Source: Octopus vulgaris (taxonomy: Eukaryota). Taken from it: a stretch of 64,000 bases of DNA. The stretch is taken from contig OX597814.1 of NCBI GenBank assembly GCA_951406725.2, positions 91,760,001-91,824,000 on the forward strand, read 5' to 3'. The notes below the pieces were generated by a model, which searched no databases, was not told the DNA's origin, and saw only the letters and a program-made list of their open reading frames with translations. This document shows, piece after piece, positions 41,989-55,894 of this stretch. Position numbers and translations under genes: made by a program. Position 1 is the first letter of the stretch. Every line of letters begins with the position of its first letter.

Positions 41989-43252
41989 TAAAAACTTATA
42001 GAGAACTTTTGTAATGGAAAATCTAATTTTTCTTCTCTACAGACATTTTCCAATAACGTAGCCCATTTTTATACTAGCGCCTTGGGTCACAGTTTTTTAA
42101 ACCGGAAATATCATACTTTGCGACCTCAACAAGAACCAAGCCTAAAAACAGGTCTTCGAAAATTATATGTCTCCCTCTCCTTTCTCCTTCAATTCTAGGA
42201 TTAAGGCAATGAAAAAATTACTAACCGTAATAGATAAACATTTTCCTGATAGACATACGAGGAAATCGTAATGAACTGATATATATATATATATATACAG
42301 ACAGACATATATATGTAATATATATGTGTGTATATACACACACACACATATATACATAGATGCATACATACATACGTACATATATGTATATATACATACA
42401 TATGTGTATGTGTGTGCGTGTGCTTGCATAAGTAGGGGTAGGGCGAGGAGACAATCCCTCATACAGATGATCACCTCTGTAATCAATTGTCATACTATTA
42501 ACTATTTTAAACCCGTAATAGAATTTAGTCTACAAACATTCGTCTTCAATATAAAATTTAATGCATTATATTGGAAGAAAGGAGTAATTATTTAGTGCTG
42601 TGGCGGGGTGAAGGATGAATCATACAAAAACTTATAGCGAACATTAGTAATGGAACACCTAACTTTTCTTGTCTCCAGAAATTTCCAATAACGTAGCCCA
42701 TTTTTATATTAGCGCCGTTTTAAAACAGAAACTATCATACTTTGCGACCTTAACATGAACTCCGCCAAAAAATTGGTCCTGGGAAATAATATGGCTCGCT
42801 ATCCTTTCTCCTTCAATGCTTACGACTAAAAAAATTACTAACCCTAATAGATAAACCTTTCCCTGATAGGCATATGAGGAAATCGTAATGAACTGATATA
42901 TGTACATACATATATTTACCACATACATATATATATGTATATATGTATATTATATATATATGTGTATATACACACACACATACATATATATACATAGATG
43001 CATACATACGTACATATATGTATATATACATATGTGTATGTATGTGCATGTGCTTGCGTAAGTGGGGGTAGGGTGAGGAGACAATCCCTCATGCATATGA
43101 TCACCTTTGTAATCAATTATCATGCTATTAACTATTTTAAACCCCTAATAGAATTTACTCTACAAATCTTCGTCTTCAATGTAAATTTGAATGCATTATA
43201 TTGGAAGAAAGGAGTAATTGTTTAGTGCGGTGGCGGGGATGAATCATACAAA
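41989..43252. repeat. Old ~635-bp tandem duplication
   Basis: Units ~41989-42625 and ~42626-43252 align end to end with visible divergence. Confidence 0.85.
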
Positions 43253-43788
43253 GTTCATATTCATATACATGAAGCTATTGGGCTGTATTATCAACCATGT
43301 CACGTTACCCTAAATTGAATATTAAGATATGGCCGTTAAGCATTTCTGAGAAGAATGCGATGTAATTCCTTTCCAAGTAGTGCTTTAGCATTTAATTTCA
43401 TCGCGGGTGGAAAAGAGAATTATTAGCTGATATAATTAAAGAAAAATAGCCTTATCTAATTTTAATTATTCATCTAATTGAATTTTAACTGGTGACATAA
43501 TTGAAAAGAAAGGAACACAATGACTACGATCGGTTTTACGAACCAGTTTCAGTAGTGGTTTTATTTATTTTTTTATTTCTTAAATTGAAATGTAGCCAGT
43601 TTACAACTTTATTGAAATATCTCGATACATTTCACTCTCAAACAAATAATCTTTCCGCTAGGTAGAGTTTCCACAAGGCTAACTATATTATCATGAAAAA
43701 GAAGTTGTCTCATTGTTTGCGTATTTAACTCATTTGTTTTCGCATTTCATGTTGTTTACTGTTAGTGACGTCCTGTACCCATATATGC

Positions 43789-43879
<91 letters not shown>

Positions 43880-43990
43880 TGCTTGTGTGTGTGTACCCAG
43901 TCGCTTGCGGTCATTCAAGATGTGACCACGTGTGCACCGTTGGCGATTTTTTTTCTCCGTCTTCCCTTCCTTGGATCTTTCCTTTTCCTA

Positions 43991-44026
43991 TGTTTCTGAC
44001 GAAGAGCTCCGTTCGAAACGGTAAAT
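43991..44026 (+). ncRNA. Minimal type-I hammerhead motif
   Basis: TGTTT-CTGACGA-A-GAGC-TCC-GTTC-GAAAC-GGTA-AAT. Confidence 0.6.
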
Positions 44027-44108
44027 CTTCCTTTCTTTCCTTTCCTGAGCGTCCAATAACACTATACTTGTTCCACGTCCTCGCGTTGTTGTGTTTTCAT
44101 GTTTGGAT

Positions 44109-44144
<36 letters not shown>

Positions 44145-44146
<2 letters not shown>

Positions 44147-44546
44147 GGCGTAGGAGTGGCTGTGTGGTAAGTAGCTTGCTTACCAACGACATGGTTCCGA
44201 GTTCAGTCTCACTGCGTGGCACCTTGGGTACGTGTCTTCTACTATAGCTTCGGGCCGACCAAACCTTGTCAGTGGATTTGGTAGACGGAAACTGAAAGAA
44301 GCCCGTCGTATATATGTATGTATATATACATACCTGTGTGTGTTTGTGTGTCTGTGCCCTCCCACATCACTTGACAACCGATGCTACTGTGTTTACGCCC
44401 CCGTAACTTAGCGGTTCGGCAAACAAGACCGGTAGAATAAGTACTAGGCTTACAAAAAATAAGTCCTGGGATCAATTTGCTCGACTAAAGGTGGTGCTCC
44501 AGCATAGCCACAGTCAAATGACTGAAACAAGTAAAAGAGTAAAAGA
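44145..44546 (+). mobile_element. SINE family C
   Basis: Full-length copy, tail-to-tail with the next copy. Confidence 0.85.
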
Positions 44547-44787
44547 TATATACTCTTTTACTGTTTTGCTTGTTTCAGTCATTTGACTGCGGCCATGCTG
44601 GAGCACCGCCTTTAGTCGAGCAAATCGACCCCGGGACTTATTCTTTGTAAGCCTAGTACTTATTCTATCGGTCTCTTTTGCCGAACCGCTAAGTGACGGG
44701 GACGTAAACACAAACCAGCATCGGTTGTCAAGCAATGCTAGGGGACAAACACAGACACACAAACACACACACACACAAACACACACT

Positions 44788-44828
<41 letters not shown>

Positions 44829-45120
44829 TTTTTTTTTTCAACAATTGAGGGTAAAATTAATTAATTATTAATCAATTTCACCAAGTATTCAGTATGTAAA
44901 GGGACCATTTAAGGCGAATTCAAAATATTACATTTTATAAAGGGCTTAGTAAAATAAATTACTTTGCCACATACTGAACTCATTAGAAATAGCAGCCAAA
45001 AAAAATTTTTTTAGCCATTTCTAATACTTAAAGAAAATTTCTCTCAGATAGTGTTTACTCAAAATAACCCACGAAGGTATGGGGGTAAAAACATTAAAAA
45101 AATCACAAGTGCAAAGATTA

Positions 45121-45182
45121 TTTGAGAACGTACGTTTCTAGATCAGCCAAATACAATTCGACATTTCTTTCATCAGCTCAAA
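45121..45182 (-). ncRNA. Type-I hammerhead ribozyme (unit 1)
   Basis: TTTGAG-CTGATGA-stemII-GAAAC-GTAC-GTT-CTCAAA on the reverse strand. Confidence 0.85.
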
Positions 45183-45685
45183 ATTTCTTAATTCGGATTT
45201 GTAAACACTGAAAGTAGGAGCATACCATTTTGGCGACTTTTCACCTCCGAAGATCCGTTCAAACTAACAGTGCCAACAAATTCAAAATATGCAAGCGAAG
45301 AATTTCTGCCCTTCCCTTTCCACCCACGTGGGCTAAACTAGCAAACACCATGTTTTAGCGGTGAAAACCGAAGCATTAAACAGAGAGAAATGAATTATAA
45401 TTTCAACAATTGAGGGTAAAATTAATTAATTATTAATCAATTTCACCAAGTATTCAGTATGTAAAGGGACCATTTAAGGCGAATTCAAAATATTACATTT
45501 TATAAGGGGCTTAGTAAAATAAATTACTTTGCCACATACTGAACTCATTAGAAATAGCAGCCAAAAAAATTTTTTTTAGCCATTTCTAATACTTAAAGAA
45601 AATTTCTCTCAGATAGTGTTTACTCAAAATAACCCACGAAGGTATGGGGGTAAAAACATTAAAAAAATCACAAGTGCAAAGATTA

Positions 45686-45747
45686 TTTGAGAACGTACGT
45701 TTCTAGATCAGCCAAATACAATTCGACATTTCTTTCATCAGCTCAAA
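45686..45747 (-). ncRNA. Type-I hammerhead ribozyme (unit 2)
   Basis: Identical motif 565 nt from unit 1. Confidence 0.85.
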
Positions 45748-46476
45748 ATTTCTTAATTCGGATTTGTAAACACTGAAAGTAGGAGCATACCCTTTTGGCG
45801 ACTTTTAACCTCCGAAGATCCGTTCAAACTAACTGCCAACAAATTCAAAATATGCAAGCGAAGAATTTCTGCCCTTCCCTTTCCACCCACGTGGGCTAAA
45901 CTAGCAAACACCATGTTTTAGCGGTGAAAACCGAAGCATTAAACAGAGAGAAATGAATTATAATTTCAACAATTGTGATTTAAAAAATTTTTTTTTTATG
46001 TTTTTACCCCCATACCTTCGTGGGTTATTTTGAGTAAACACTATTTGAGAGAAATTTTCTTTAAGTATTAGAAATGGCTAAAAAAAAATTTTTTTTGGCT
46101 GCTATTTCTAATGAGTTCAGTATGTGGCAAAGTAATTTATTTTACTAAGCCCTTTATAAAATGTAATATTTTGAATTCGCCTTAAATGGTCCCTTTACAT
46201 ACTGAATACTTGGTGAAATTGATTAATAATTAATTAATTTTACCCTCAATTGTTGAAATTATAATTCATTTCTCTCTGTTTAATGCTTCGGTTTTCACCG
46301 CTAAAACATGGTGTTTGCTAGTTTAGCCCACGTGGGTGGAAAGGGAAGGGCAGAAATTCTTCGCTTGCATATTTTGAATTTGTTGGCACTGTTAGTTTGA
46401 ACGGTTCTTCGGAGGTGAAAAGTCGCCAAAAGGGTATGCTCCTACTTTCAGTGTTTACAAATCCGAATTAAGAAAT

Positions 46477-46538
46477 TTTGAGCTGATGAAAGAAATGTCG
46501 AATTGTATTTGGCTGATCTAGAAACGTACGTTCTCAAA
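46477..46538 (+). ncRNA. Type-I hammerhead ribozyme (inverted arm)
   Basis: CTGATGA 46483-46489, GAAAC 46521-46525, GTT 46530-46532; perfect 6-bp stem I TTTGAG/CTCAAA. Confidence 0.85.
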
Positions 46539-47033
46539 TAATCTTTGCACTTGTGATTTTTTTAATGTGTTTACCCCCATACCTTCGTGGGTTATTTTGA
46601 GTAAACACACTCTGAGAGAAATTTTCTTTAAGTATTAGAAATGGCTAAAAAAAATTTTTTTGGCTGCTATTTCTAATGAGTTCAGTATGTGGCAAAGTAA
46701 TTTATTTTACTAAGCCCCTTATAAAATGTAATATTTTGAATTCGCCTTAAATGGTCCCTTTACATACTGAATACTTGGTGAAATTGATTAATAATTAATT
46801 AATTTTACCCTCAATTGTTGAAATTATATATATATATATACGACAGGCTTCTTTAAGTTTCCGTCTACCAAATCCACTCACAAGGCATTGGTCGGCCCGG
46901 GGCTATAGCAGAAGACACTTGCCCAACATGCCACGCAGTGGGACTGAACCCGGAACCATGTGGTTGGTTAGCAAGCTACTTACCACACAGCCACGCCTGC
47001 GCCTATAAGTGTCCATATATATATATATATATA

Positions 47034-47067
<34 letters not shown>

Positions 47068-47112
47068 CATCATCATCATCATATACATATATACATACAT
47101 ATATATATATAT

Positions 47113-47320
<208 letters not shown>

Positions 47321-49597
47321 AAATGTAATTATATAGAGCATAAAGAATACAAAATACTGAGAAGAACGCACATGATTTCTAAAATCGAGTAAGAGTTACG
47401 TACTAATCATCATTTTAATAATTGTCTGATGGAATATGCAAAATCCGTGGATATGCAGCCAGTAAACAGTCACAAGAATATAAGTCCGGCTTGCTTGCCA
47501 CACACCGATTGGTCAAAATATAGTTTGTAACTTTCAGCTAGGTGGAGCCCATCGCAAGGTATTTAAAGGACAAATTTAATTATTTCACAACAGTTGTCAA
47601 TTGTGGAAGACGGCAATCAATACTACTACATAAATCTGATGATTGAGTAACATATTAAAGTACTAGTTTTATCACAATAAATATATAATATTCTATTTCT
47701 ATAATATTGTAAAATTGTAAAAATTGTAAATAATAAAACTTGAAAATCATACTATAGGGAGATGGCAGAGAAAATTAGGAAACAGCATCTGATCTAGCCT
47801 TGTCGTCAGAATCAGGATACGGGGTCAGATGCTCAAACACCACCTCTCACACACTAACAACACAACGGAAGCATGTTGCCTAAACCAGAGCCCTATCCAG
47901 ACAACCCAACCACCAGACAGTACCCGGTTAAGTTTTAAATCCGACGTGTTGTACTTGAAGACGTGCTCCAGCGTGGTGATATACATAGGATCGTCACATC
48001 ATGAATTCGCAAGTGCTACGTAAGCTATAATACCCATCAACAAGCCTCATTCCAGACCATACATCATACGCGGGGTAAACTATCTATCATTCTATCAACC
48101 TATTGAATCTATCGGTCTATCAACCCATTTCTCTATTGATCGATCAGTTAATATATCTGTCTGTCTTCCTAACTTTTAACCCATCTATATGTCTGTCTAT
48201 TCATTTATCTACCTATCTCCTTTTAATTGTCAAACAATAAACTTTATAACTAGAAGCATTTAAAGCTTCTATATCCGTGAACGTTTTTTCTTTGAGAAAA
48301 ATATTATATAACCATCAAATCATTAAAAAAATTAAAGCTCCTTGCTCTCTACTCTTGCATTTTATATTGCTTTACCTTTTTTTACATTCTTTCATCTTCC
48401 TCCATTTTTTTGTATTTTATCTTGTTTTAGTTTTACTCTATTTTCTTTTTCTTTTATTTTCTCTCATCTTTCTATCTACATATCTAACGGTGATACCCTG
48501 TTATCTTACTAAAATCTAGACCTTATGCCTGAGTTAGACCAACATACTATACTGAGTATCTGCATTTTTTTTCAAAGTTTCTTTATTCTTTTATTTAAAC
48601 AAAAGCTGACAACATCAAACAGATGCATCATTAATGGTATTGACCACGCTATCAATTATTCCAATACATTTATTTTCAGAATTCTCAAAGATTCGGGTAG
48701 GAGTGCATGCAACAGAACTAAATCTGTTACACGTTTCACTGGCAGATTCGTAAAAATGCTTCTCTGCAAAAGATAATATATTAATATATTATTAAATGTA
48801 TAATGCGGATTTTCTTGTCTGTTCAAAGAACATCTTTGTTCCAGTTATCTTACATTTTTAGATTTGACACGCCACTTCACAATTATGTATGAACTTCCGT
48901 GTTTAATTCTTTTCTAATTGCAGCTTAGTCAAACGTCTCCTACAATACTCAATATTGTCCATATAACCATTAGCACTTGAGTGAATTTTGGCAGTTGTAA
49001 ACTGCATAATCCCCCATATGTGTGTCTGTGTTTGTGTGCGGGCGCGCGTGCAAGTGTATGGTTGTGGGAGTGTATGTGCATTCATATGCATAAAAAGATC
49101 TAAACATCACTAAAGACCAATGTTGTTTGTGCTGCGTTACATTCTGCTATATGATATAGAGGTTCAGAAAATAGTTGCAATTAAATTAATATTGGAGTCA
49201 GTAACATCGAATAAATTATTGACTGCTGTGCTGCGGGACGTCTACACTCAATTCAATGACAGAAACTAGAAACTGATGTGAATCTTAATGATAATGAATG
49301 CAATGGCACTTTATTTCCATCTCCACGCTGTTCCAGTGACCAGTTGCACAAGTTGAAATGAATCAATTAACTGAATTATAATGGATAACTAATCAAATCA
49401 CAGTCTACCATTTACGTCATACATTGAAATTATTTTTCTAGGAATCGCACGTATTTATTGTAAGCGCTTGGCTTGACTCCATTAAGGTCTGGGAGAAATA
49501 GCAAAAATGTCTTAATCAAATCACAACACCCACACACACACATATATGTATGATGTATGTGTGTATGTAAGTACATATATATATATATATATATACA

Positions 49598-49930
49598 CTG
49601 TTGTGTCTGGGGAGAGTCATTTTCTTTTTGTGCCTTATAACGTAACACACTCACCGGTAAAATTTCCACTTATTTCTTATTTTTATTTTCCTAAAATTTT
49701 CGTTGCATCTTGCAGTCTTTTCAATAGTCGAGAGTCAAGACTATTGAAAAAGCTGCAAGACGCAACGAAAATTTTAGGAAAATAAAAATAAAAAATAAGT
49801 GGAAATTTTACCGGTGAGTGTGTTACATTATAAGGCACAAAAAGAAAATGACTCTCCCCAGACACCACAGAATATGCTTCAACACATGAACTCAAATAAA
49901 GAATCTTGCAAACCAAATCCCCAAACGAAA
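49598..49930. mobile_element. Palindromic non-coding element (~132-bp arms, 9-nt spacer) in (TA)n with candidate U3:A8 HHR in each arm
   Basis: 49598-49729 is the reverse complement of 49739-49870; related fragments at ~62205-62285. Confidence 0.8.
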
Positions 49931-50000
49931 TATATATATATATATATCGCATTGTGACCAGCGATGCGTAGCAACATCTGATAGCCTGGTCGGTCACAGT

Positions 50001-50047
<47 letters not shown>

Positions 50048-51146
50048 CATACAAAAATGGGACACGAACGCAAAACATCCAGACAGTTAGGTAATAAAAA
50101 AAGGGACAACAGCCAATATAGGTGTGCGTTTGTGCATGCGCGTGTGTCTATTTTGATTACGCGTAGATATCATGTTTCCACTTATTATGTGTTAGAACTC
50201 AATACATTTATGGTTTAGTGGAGATTAAAAAGCGTAATATCAATTACTGAATCACAAAAGAAATAGAGTTAAATTATCACATTCTAAAACTGACCATAGT
50301 TTCTGCTATATGAAGTAGCACAAAGTCGAGTTCTTGTCCAGCATCCTATAGCTTATTCGAAGTTATTAAACTGATTTGTATGTTTATTTAAGAAAAAATA
50401 AAAGCAGTTCCTTCGTCCGGGGCAGGCAGCAGGCATTTCAAAGTGTCTTGCAAAATGTTCGTGATTTTCTTTCATGTGGAGTAAAGTTTAGTGTAATGCT
50501 TTACTCATCTCTCCATCTGCTTGCACACATCTTTTATGCTTTTCGGTGATGCTATCTTGCTCATAGCTGGATCGATGGTTTTCTTAATTTCGTCATACAA
50601 TCGAGGGATAGCACCTGTTTCGAATGTCAAGAGATTACTTTTGTAAGGTTCTACTCAGTAGTCATTGTCACAGCATCCGACATATTTTCAGGAACTTGTA
50701 TCCTACTGTTCTTCATGCATGCAAAATTACCATGCTGGTAAGGCGTTTATACTCGAATATTGCTATACATCAATGACAATGGTTGCACAGTACTGAACCC
50801 ACTGCTCAGATGAATCAGCTATAATGTCAGTGGATCAACAGAAGTTGAGAAGACTAACAAACAACTGTGCCTCAAGTTTACTTTCTAGAAGAATGTTCTA
50901 GCAAGGACTGCGATCTTTCATTCCCAATGGTTCACATGATAAAACTACAACTGGTGCTACTACTTCGGGTTAAAGTAGACCTGGGAACAATAATCTCTAA
51001 GAAGTGGTACCGCACTTCTCAAAATCCTGAAACTCCCGTACCTGGGCCCCACTAGTAGATGCCCTTTAATGTCATACACGAGACACTACCTATACACATA
51101 TATATATACATACATACATATATACATACATAAATACATACAGAAA

Positions 51147-51900
51147 TAGTGATATCAACAGGCTCTACCTAAGAAGAAATAAAGGACGTAGAGGCATGAG
51201 ATCAGGGCAGACAGCCTTCGGATCTCGTATAGTCTCTCTTGCAAGGACACTTACTAAACAGCAGCAAATTTCAATACAGAAAAGAGAGCAATATCATGCG
51301 GGTCAGTAGCGAGCTTCGCTGTAAACATTCTCATCTTAAATGACTTCCCATACAAAGCTAAAGCAGCCGGACTAACATACCTGAAAGACCTGGATGTGAA
51401 ACGCTCAGCATATCAGTAAAAGACCACGCTTTATATGCTTCCTAAAAACTTGAAGACAGTAATATTGACATAAAGCAAAGGCTATCTTGGACTCGTGACC
51501 GCTACACCACACATCACATCACACTTCAAAGGCAATCCAAGAACGTGAGATTGATGCTACATGTTTAATAAACAAAAGATACAGTGAATCCTTTGGAGCT
51601 CCAAGATGCAACCGAAAATGTAGATTATGTCACATTTCCCTGTAAGACATCATATATGTGATGCCGTCCGGAAAAAAGAAATGCTGTCCTCGAACAAATA
51701 GAGAGAATTCTCCTGTTGATGAACACATACACAAATATCAACACAATGAATCCTGCTGGAATATTCCCATCAAAACATGTAAGGTGAAAACATAAGTGGC
51801 CGGATATTGTTTGGGGCAGACAAGAAAAAGTTCGAAACAGCATAAAGGTGAGCTGTCCAGGCGATGTGAATATCTCTTCGAAATTCAAAGAACAAAGAGG
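51147..51900 (+). pseudogene. R4/Dong-type non-LTR retrotransposon 3' relic (RT thumb, zinc finger, restriction-like endonuclease)
   Basis: SDINRLYLRRNKGRRGM, KCRLCH, PDIV and VSCPGDVNI motifs in the expected order. Confidence 0.7.
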
Positions 51901-54900
51901 ATAATTATGGACAATTGCTTCGAAGCCTCCGGCTTTAATACCCAGATTGCAAATTCATATTTACACCAATGATAATTGATGCATTTGGTTTTGTGAGTAA
52001 TTGCCTTAGTGTCAACCTGGACAAGCTAGGATTCTTGTAGAAAAAGATATCAATCAACTAATTTTCACATTGCAAATTGAGTTTGTAAATGTAACAGTAA
52101 AAATATGCTAGATTTTCATCAAGTTTAAATTTATCATTGTTTGTGTTACTTACATTCCATGGAAAGAGCTTTTTCTTCTTTTAAAAACCAGCTGCTTTCT
52201 CAGGCGAAGAATTAAGATAATTAACAACAGAAGAGAACATTCATACACACATACATGCATAAATACATACATACATACATACACACACACATACATACAT
52301 ACATACATACATACATACATACATACATACATACATACATACATACATACATACCTCCTGGACACGAATGTGGTTAGAATAATACAAGAGAAAAAGGACA
52401 TCTATAGACAATTGATAAGGAGATTGCTAAGGTTTGGTGTCAAAGTTTGCCCTCTCTTAGATGGTTGCCTATCTATCCGAAGCACTAGTTTAAGGTACTT
52501 GCTTTCTCCATTTCTTCAGTCAGTTCAAACAGTTTCACCGAATTAGAGGCCAACTCACACGAAACAGTCATCCCCATGCCTATTATTATTGGAGCAACAG
52601 GATACGTACCGACTCGTCTGGAGTAAAGAATGACTGAACTTGGGGTTTGGGGGATAGAATGCCAGTCCTCAATTCATAAGCTACAAATGATCACGATATC
52701 CAGGATTATAAAAATCTGCATGACTTTCTTCAGACGCTTAAATCATTATACGTTACTTCACAACCTTGCTACCAAGTCTGTGGCTGGTCAAACTTTACTC
52801 TAAATTAAAAAGGCAATGACAAGATATACATACATACATACATAAATACATACATACATACACATACAGACACATATGCATACATACATACATACATACA
52901 TACATACATACATACATACATACATACATACATACATACATACATGCATGCATACATGTCTTTGCATTAATCAGTATTAGGTTTCCACCATAATGATTTG
53001 TTTCTAACAACTGATGTTAGTTTTCTGATTTGTTTGAACTCAGATTTTATTTCAATATTCTTACGGATATCAACTTGCTATGTGTTTGTTCGTTGCCATC
53101 ATGTTAACTGCTGATGATATGGATTTTGCTGTGAGGCATCTTCGAAATATGTAAGGTGATGTCTGCTTGAATCTTGATAAATAATTCTGTATTAGAATTT
53201 CTACAGGGGCGTTTATGGCATTTTTCTTTATCTTTCTTTTTTTTTTCTTTTTTTTTTTTTTGCTACTATATCTTTCTTTGGGAAAACTTTTCTTACAGAA
53301 CTTGTTTTAGAATTCATCAATTCTTCAATGGAGTTTAGACTATACCACAATTATATCAGCAACTTTCAATTATAGTTTTATTTGATTGGATTTTTGAAGA
53401 ATTCTTGTTGCGGGTCAACATCGATTGCAACTTATATATATAAGTCAATTTTGAAAGAGTTAAGATTCAGAAAGTTTCTCACATATCAGAGCGCTGACAC
53501 TATAAATATGACAAATGTATGAGTCAGACATTCATTAATTCTTCTCGTGCTTGAAGTAAACTTGTTGGTATTCAGAATCAAAGGACTATACTTCATAGAT
53601 TGCGCACGTACAACACTGATCACAGTGTTATTAAATTACAATGAAAATCCGTTCGATACTAGCGTTTATTCGTCTGAATATATATTCTTTCACGTAGATA
53701 AAGTTAATTGATTCACGTAATCTATTAGATAGAAGAGGTAACGTTTGAAGATGTCATTTCCAGATACTTATATCAAACTATTCATCTTGTTGATTCCTAA
53801 ATTTTACTTTTACTACTGACATTATTAGATCGAAGCTACTAGCAAATAATATTAGGAGCTAAGAGAACTCAGTTATACAAATGACTTGTAACATATAGAT
53901 TAAGATTTAGTTTCTCTGAAATGCTCTCTAACTCAATGAACTACAATGTTAGACAATCAACAGTAAAGATTTTCGAAAAACGTTCTATACGTATCCTAAA
54001 ATATGAAATACAGATTAAAAGTAATCATTATTTCAAAGTTGAGTTGCCATAAGTTTGGAAGTTGATAAGCAAAAACTAAAACAGAAACTAGTTCTTTTGA
54101 AACTATCGCACTCATATTTTTTTTTACTATAGTTAACACAAAACGACACTCCGATAAATAATGAAACAACGTGAGATATATGATATCTATTTATCACCAT
54201 TTTCACTGTTATATAAACGTAAGAGATTTTTTTCTGATTTTGCATGGAAATCTAGTATGTACGAAATTTTTAAAGATAATTATACTGAATACAAAGCAAA
54301 AATATAAATGCATTCAGACACTGAATAAAAATGAACATAGTATTTTATGCATTTATAGCCAATTACGTTTACGAAAGAAAGTGATTAGCTCTCATAATAT
54401 GAAGCATTAAATTTGAAGTTAATCATTTCATTAATATGAGGATATTGCCCGATTCTTCTGTTCTATATTTGATCCTATTGTTATCAAAATAGCCTATTGA
54501 ATTAATTCTATCGTGTATCAGACATTTGTACGGGCAAACATGAATACACAATCAACACTTTACTTTGTAAAAATATACTCCCTATGGTTTTATGTGTGTG
54601 AGAAATGTTTCATTCATATCAGCAAGACGCTTATAAGATCGAGTAGCCAAATGGTTCATTATAGATCTTTACTTAATGAGAGCATCATTAGTGTTGTATA
54701 AACATTGTTTTGCAAGATTTCATTGTATTGTTTAGGTTCTTCAACCAATCTAGTTGATCAAAAGAAAGTAGTTATATTGCAACTGTTCTTCCACAAATGG
54801 TACAAATACAAATAATTATTTATTTCAGTTTGAATGAAAATATTAAATTGATGTAAGTCGGGAAAGAACGAAAAATTAACCAGTTTGGGTATTTTAAAAA

Positions 54901-55846
54901 CTGTAGTGTATATTTAACTTGTGCCCCATAATCAGGATGATGATCTTTCAAGTAAATTGATTTCATCCGACGTCGAACAATTTCGAGATTTGTTGTATTG
55001 AAGATATAAATAATTGAATCAGTACTTCAATATTTCTTTTTTTTTTGTGCCAACTAAAACTTTGCATACAGAAGAAAATGAATTAAGCACTGTCTGTTCA
55101 GAAATATGCGAGTAACTGTACCTCGTCAAGCCCGTCTATCGTAGTGAGGTGTCAATTTTTACAGAAACGTACTGATGAGAGGTTAGCTGCCTGAGAATTA
55201 GGGGTTTAATCGGAGATACGATGCAGTTTAACTGGATACGAATCAAAATTATCGATTAGTTATCCGCGCTATGATCGGATACGACCCAACCGTGCATCGT
55301 CAACAGGTAACAAACGAAAGAAAAATATGAGATTACAATCATTTTTTAAAGGAAAGGTAAAAGTTTTGACTTGCTTACATTCATCAGGCAATCTTAAACC
55401 ACTGAGGATAAAAAGAATTATTTAGCAAAATTTTATGATATCTTCACGTTTGCTTAATTGTAATTCATCATAAAGTGTTATTTTATTCATATGCAAATGC
55501 GATTCTGTTATTTTTGCTGCTAACATTAGTGTTTTTCATGAGACAATTCAAAGCAATAACTTTATTGATTTGAACTGCAGCAAGCTGTCTAGTCTAAAAA
55601 TAGTGTGCCTACAGTGAAGATGAAACATTTAAATCATCCGTGTATATGTACCACTTAGTAACATAGATAAGTGGTGTAAAGGTTACTAGTATTGTGACAT
55701 TGACATGCATTCGGTAACGCTTGTCTGTAGGAAAAGTACTTGTAATCGCATAACAAACAGTGTAGCGAAAGATTATTCTACGATCCACTTAAGGATGGTT
55801 GAACGAAGCGTAATCAAATGCAAACACTTAAAATTAGCATCGCTTA

Positions 55847-55894
<48 letters not shown>

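Larger units (their letters stand above)
44836..46826. mobile_element. Retrozyme-like array: ~565-bp non-coding HHR unit, 2 copies on (-) and ~1.5 copies on (+)
   Basis: Unit starts TTTCAACAATTG at 44836, 45401 and 45964; inverted arm ~45973-46826; one HHR per full unit; no ORF. Confidence 0.85.
44551..47004 (-). mobile_element. SINE family C split by a 2-kb insertion in its internal (TA)n
   Basis: 44551-44816 plus 46827-47004 rejoin to match the intact copy at 59676-60088. Confidence 0.85.

Noticed and set aside
44836-46826. CRISPR array or satellite DNA
   Set aside because: Eukaryotic context, no repeat-spacer structure, and few long units with an inversion and HHRs
53105-53158. CTGATGA...CGAAATATGTA possible hammerhead
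   Set aside because: No stem I and weak stem II; single copy in the window, so chance cannot be excluded
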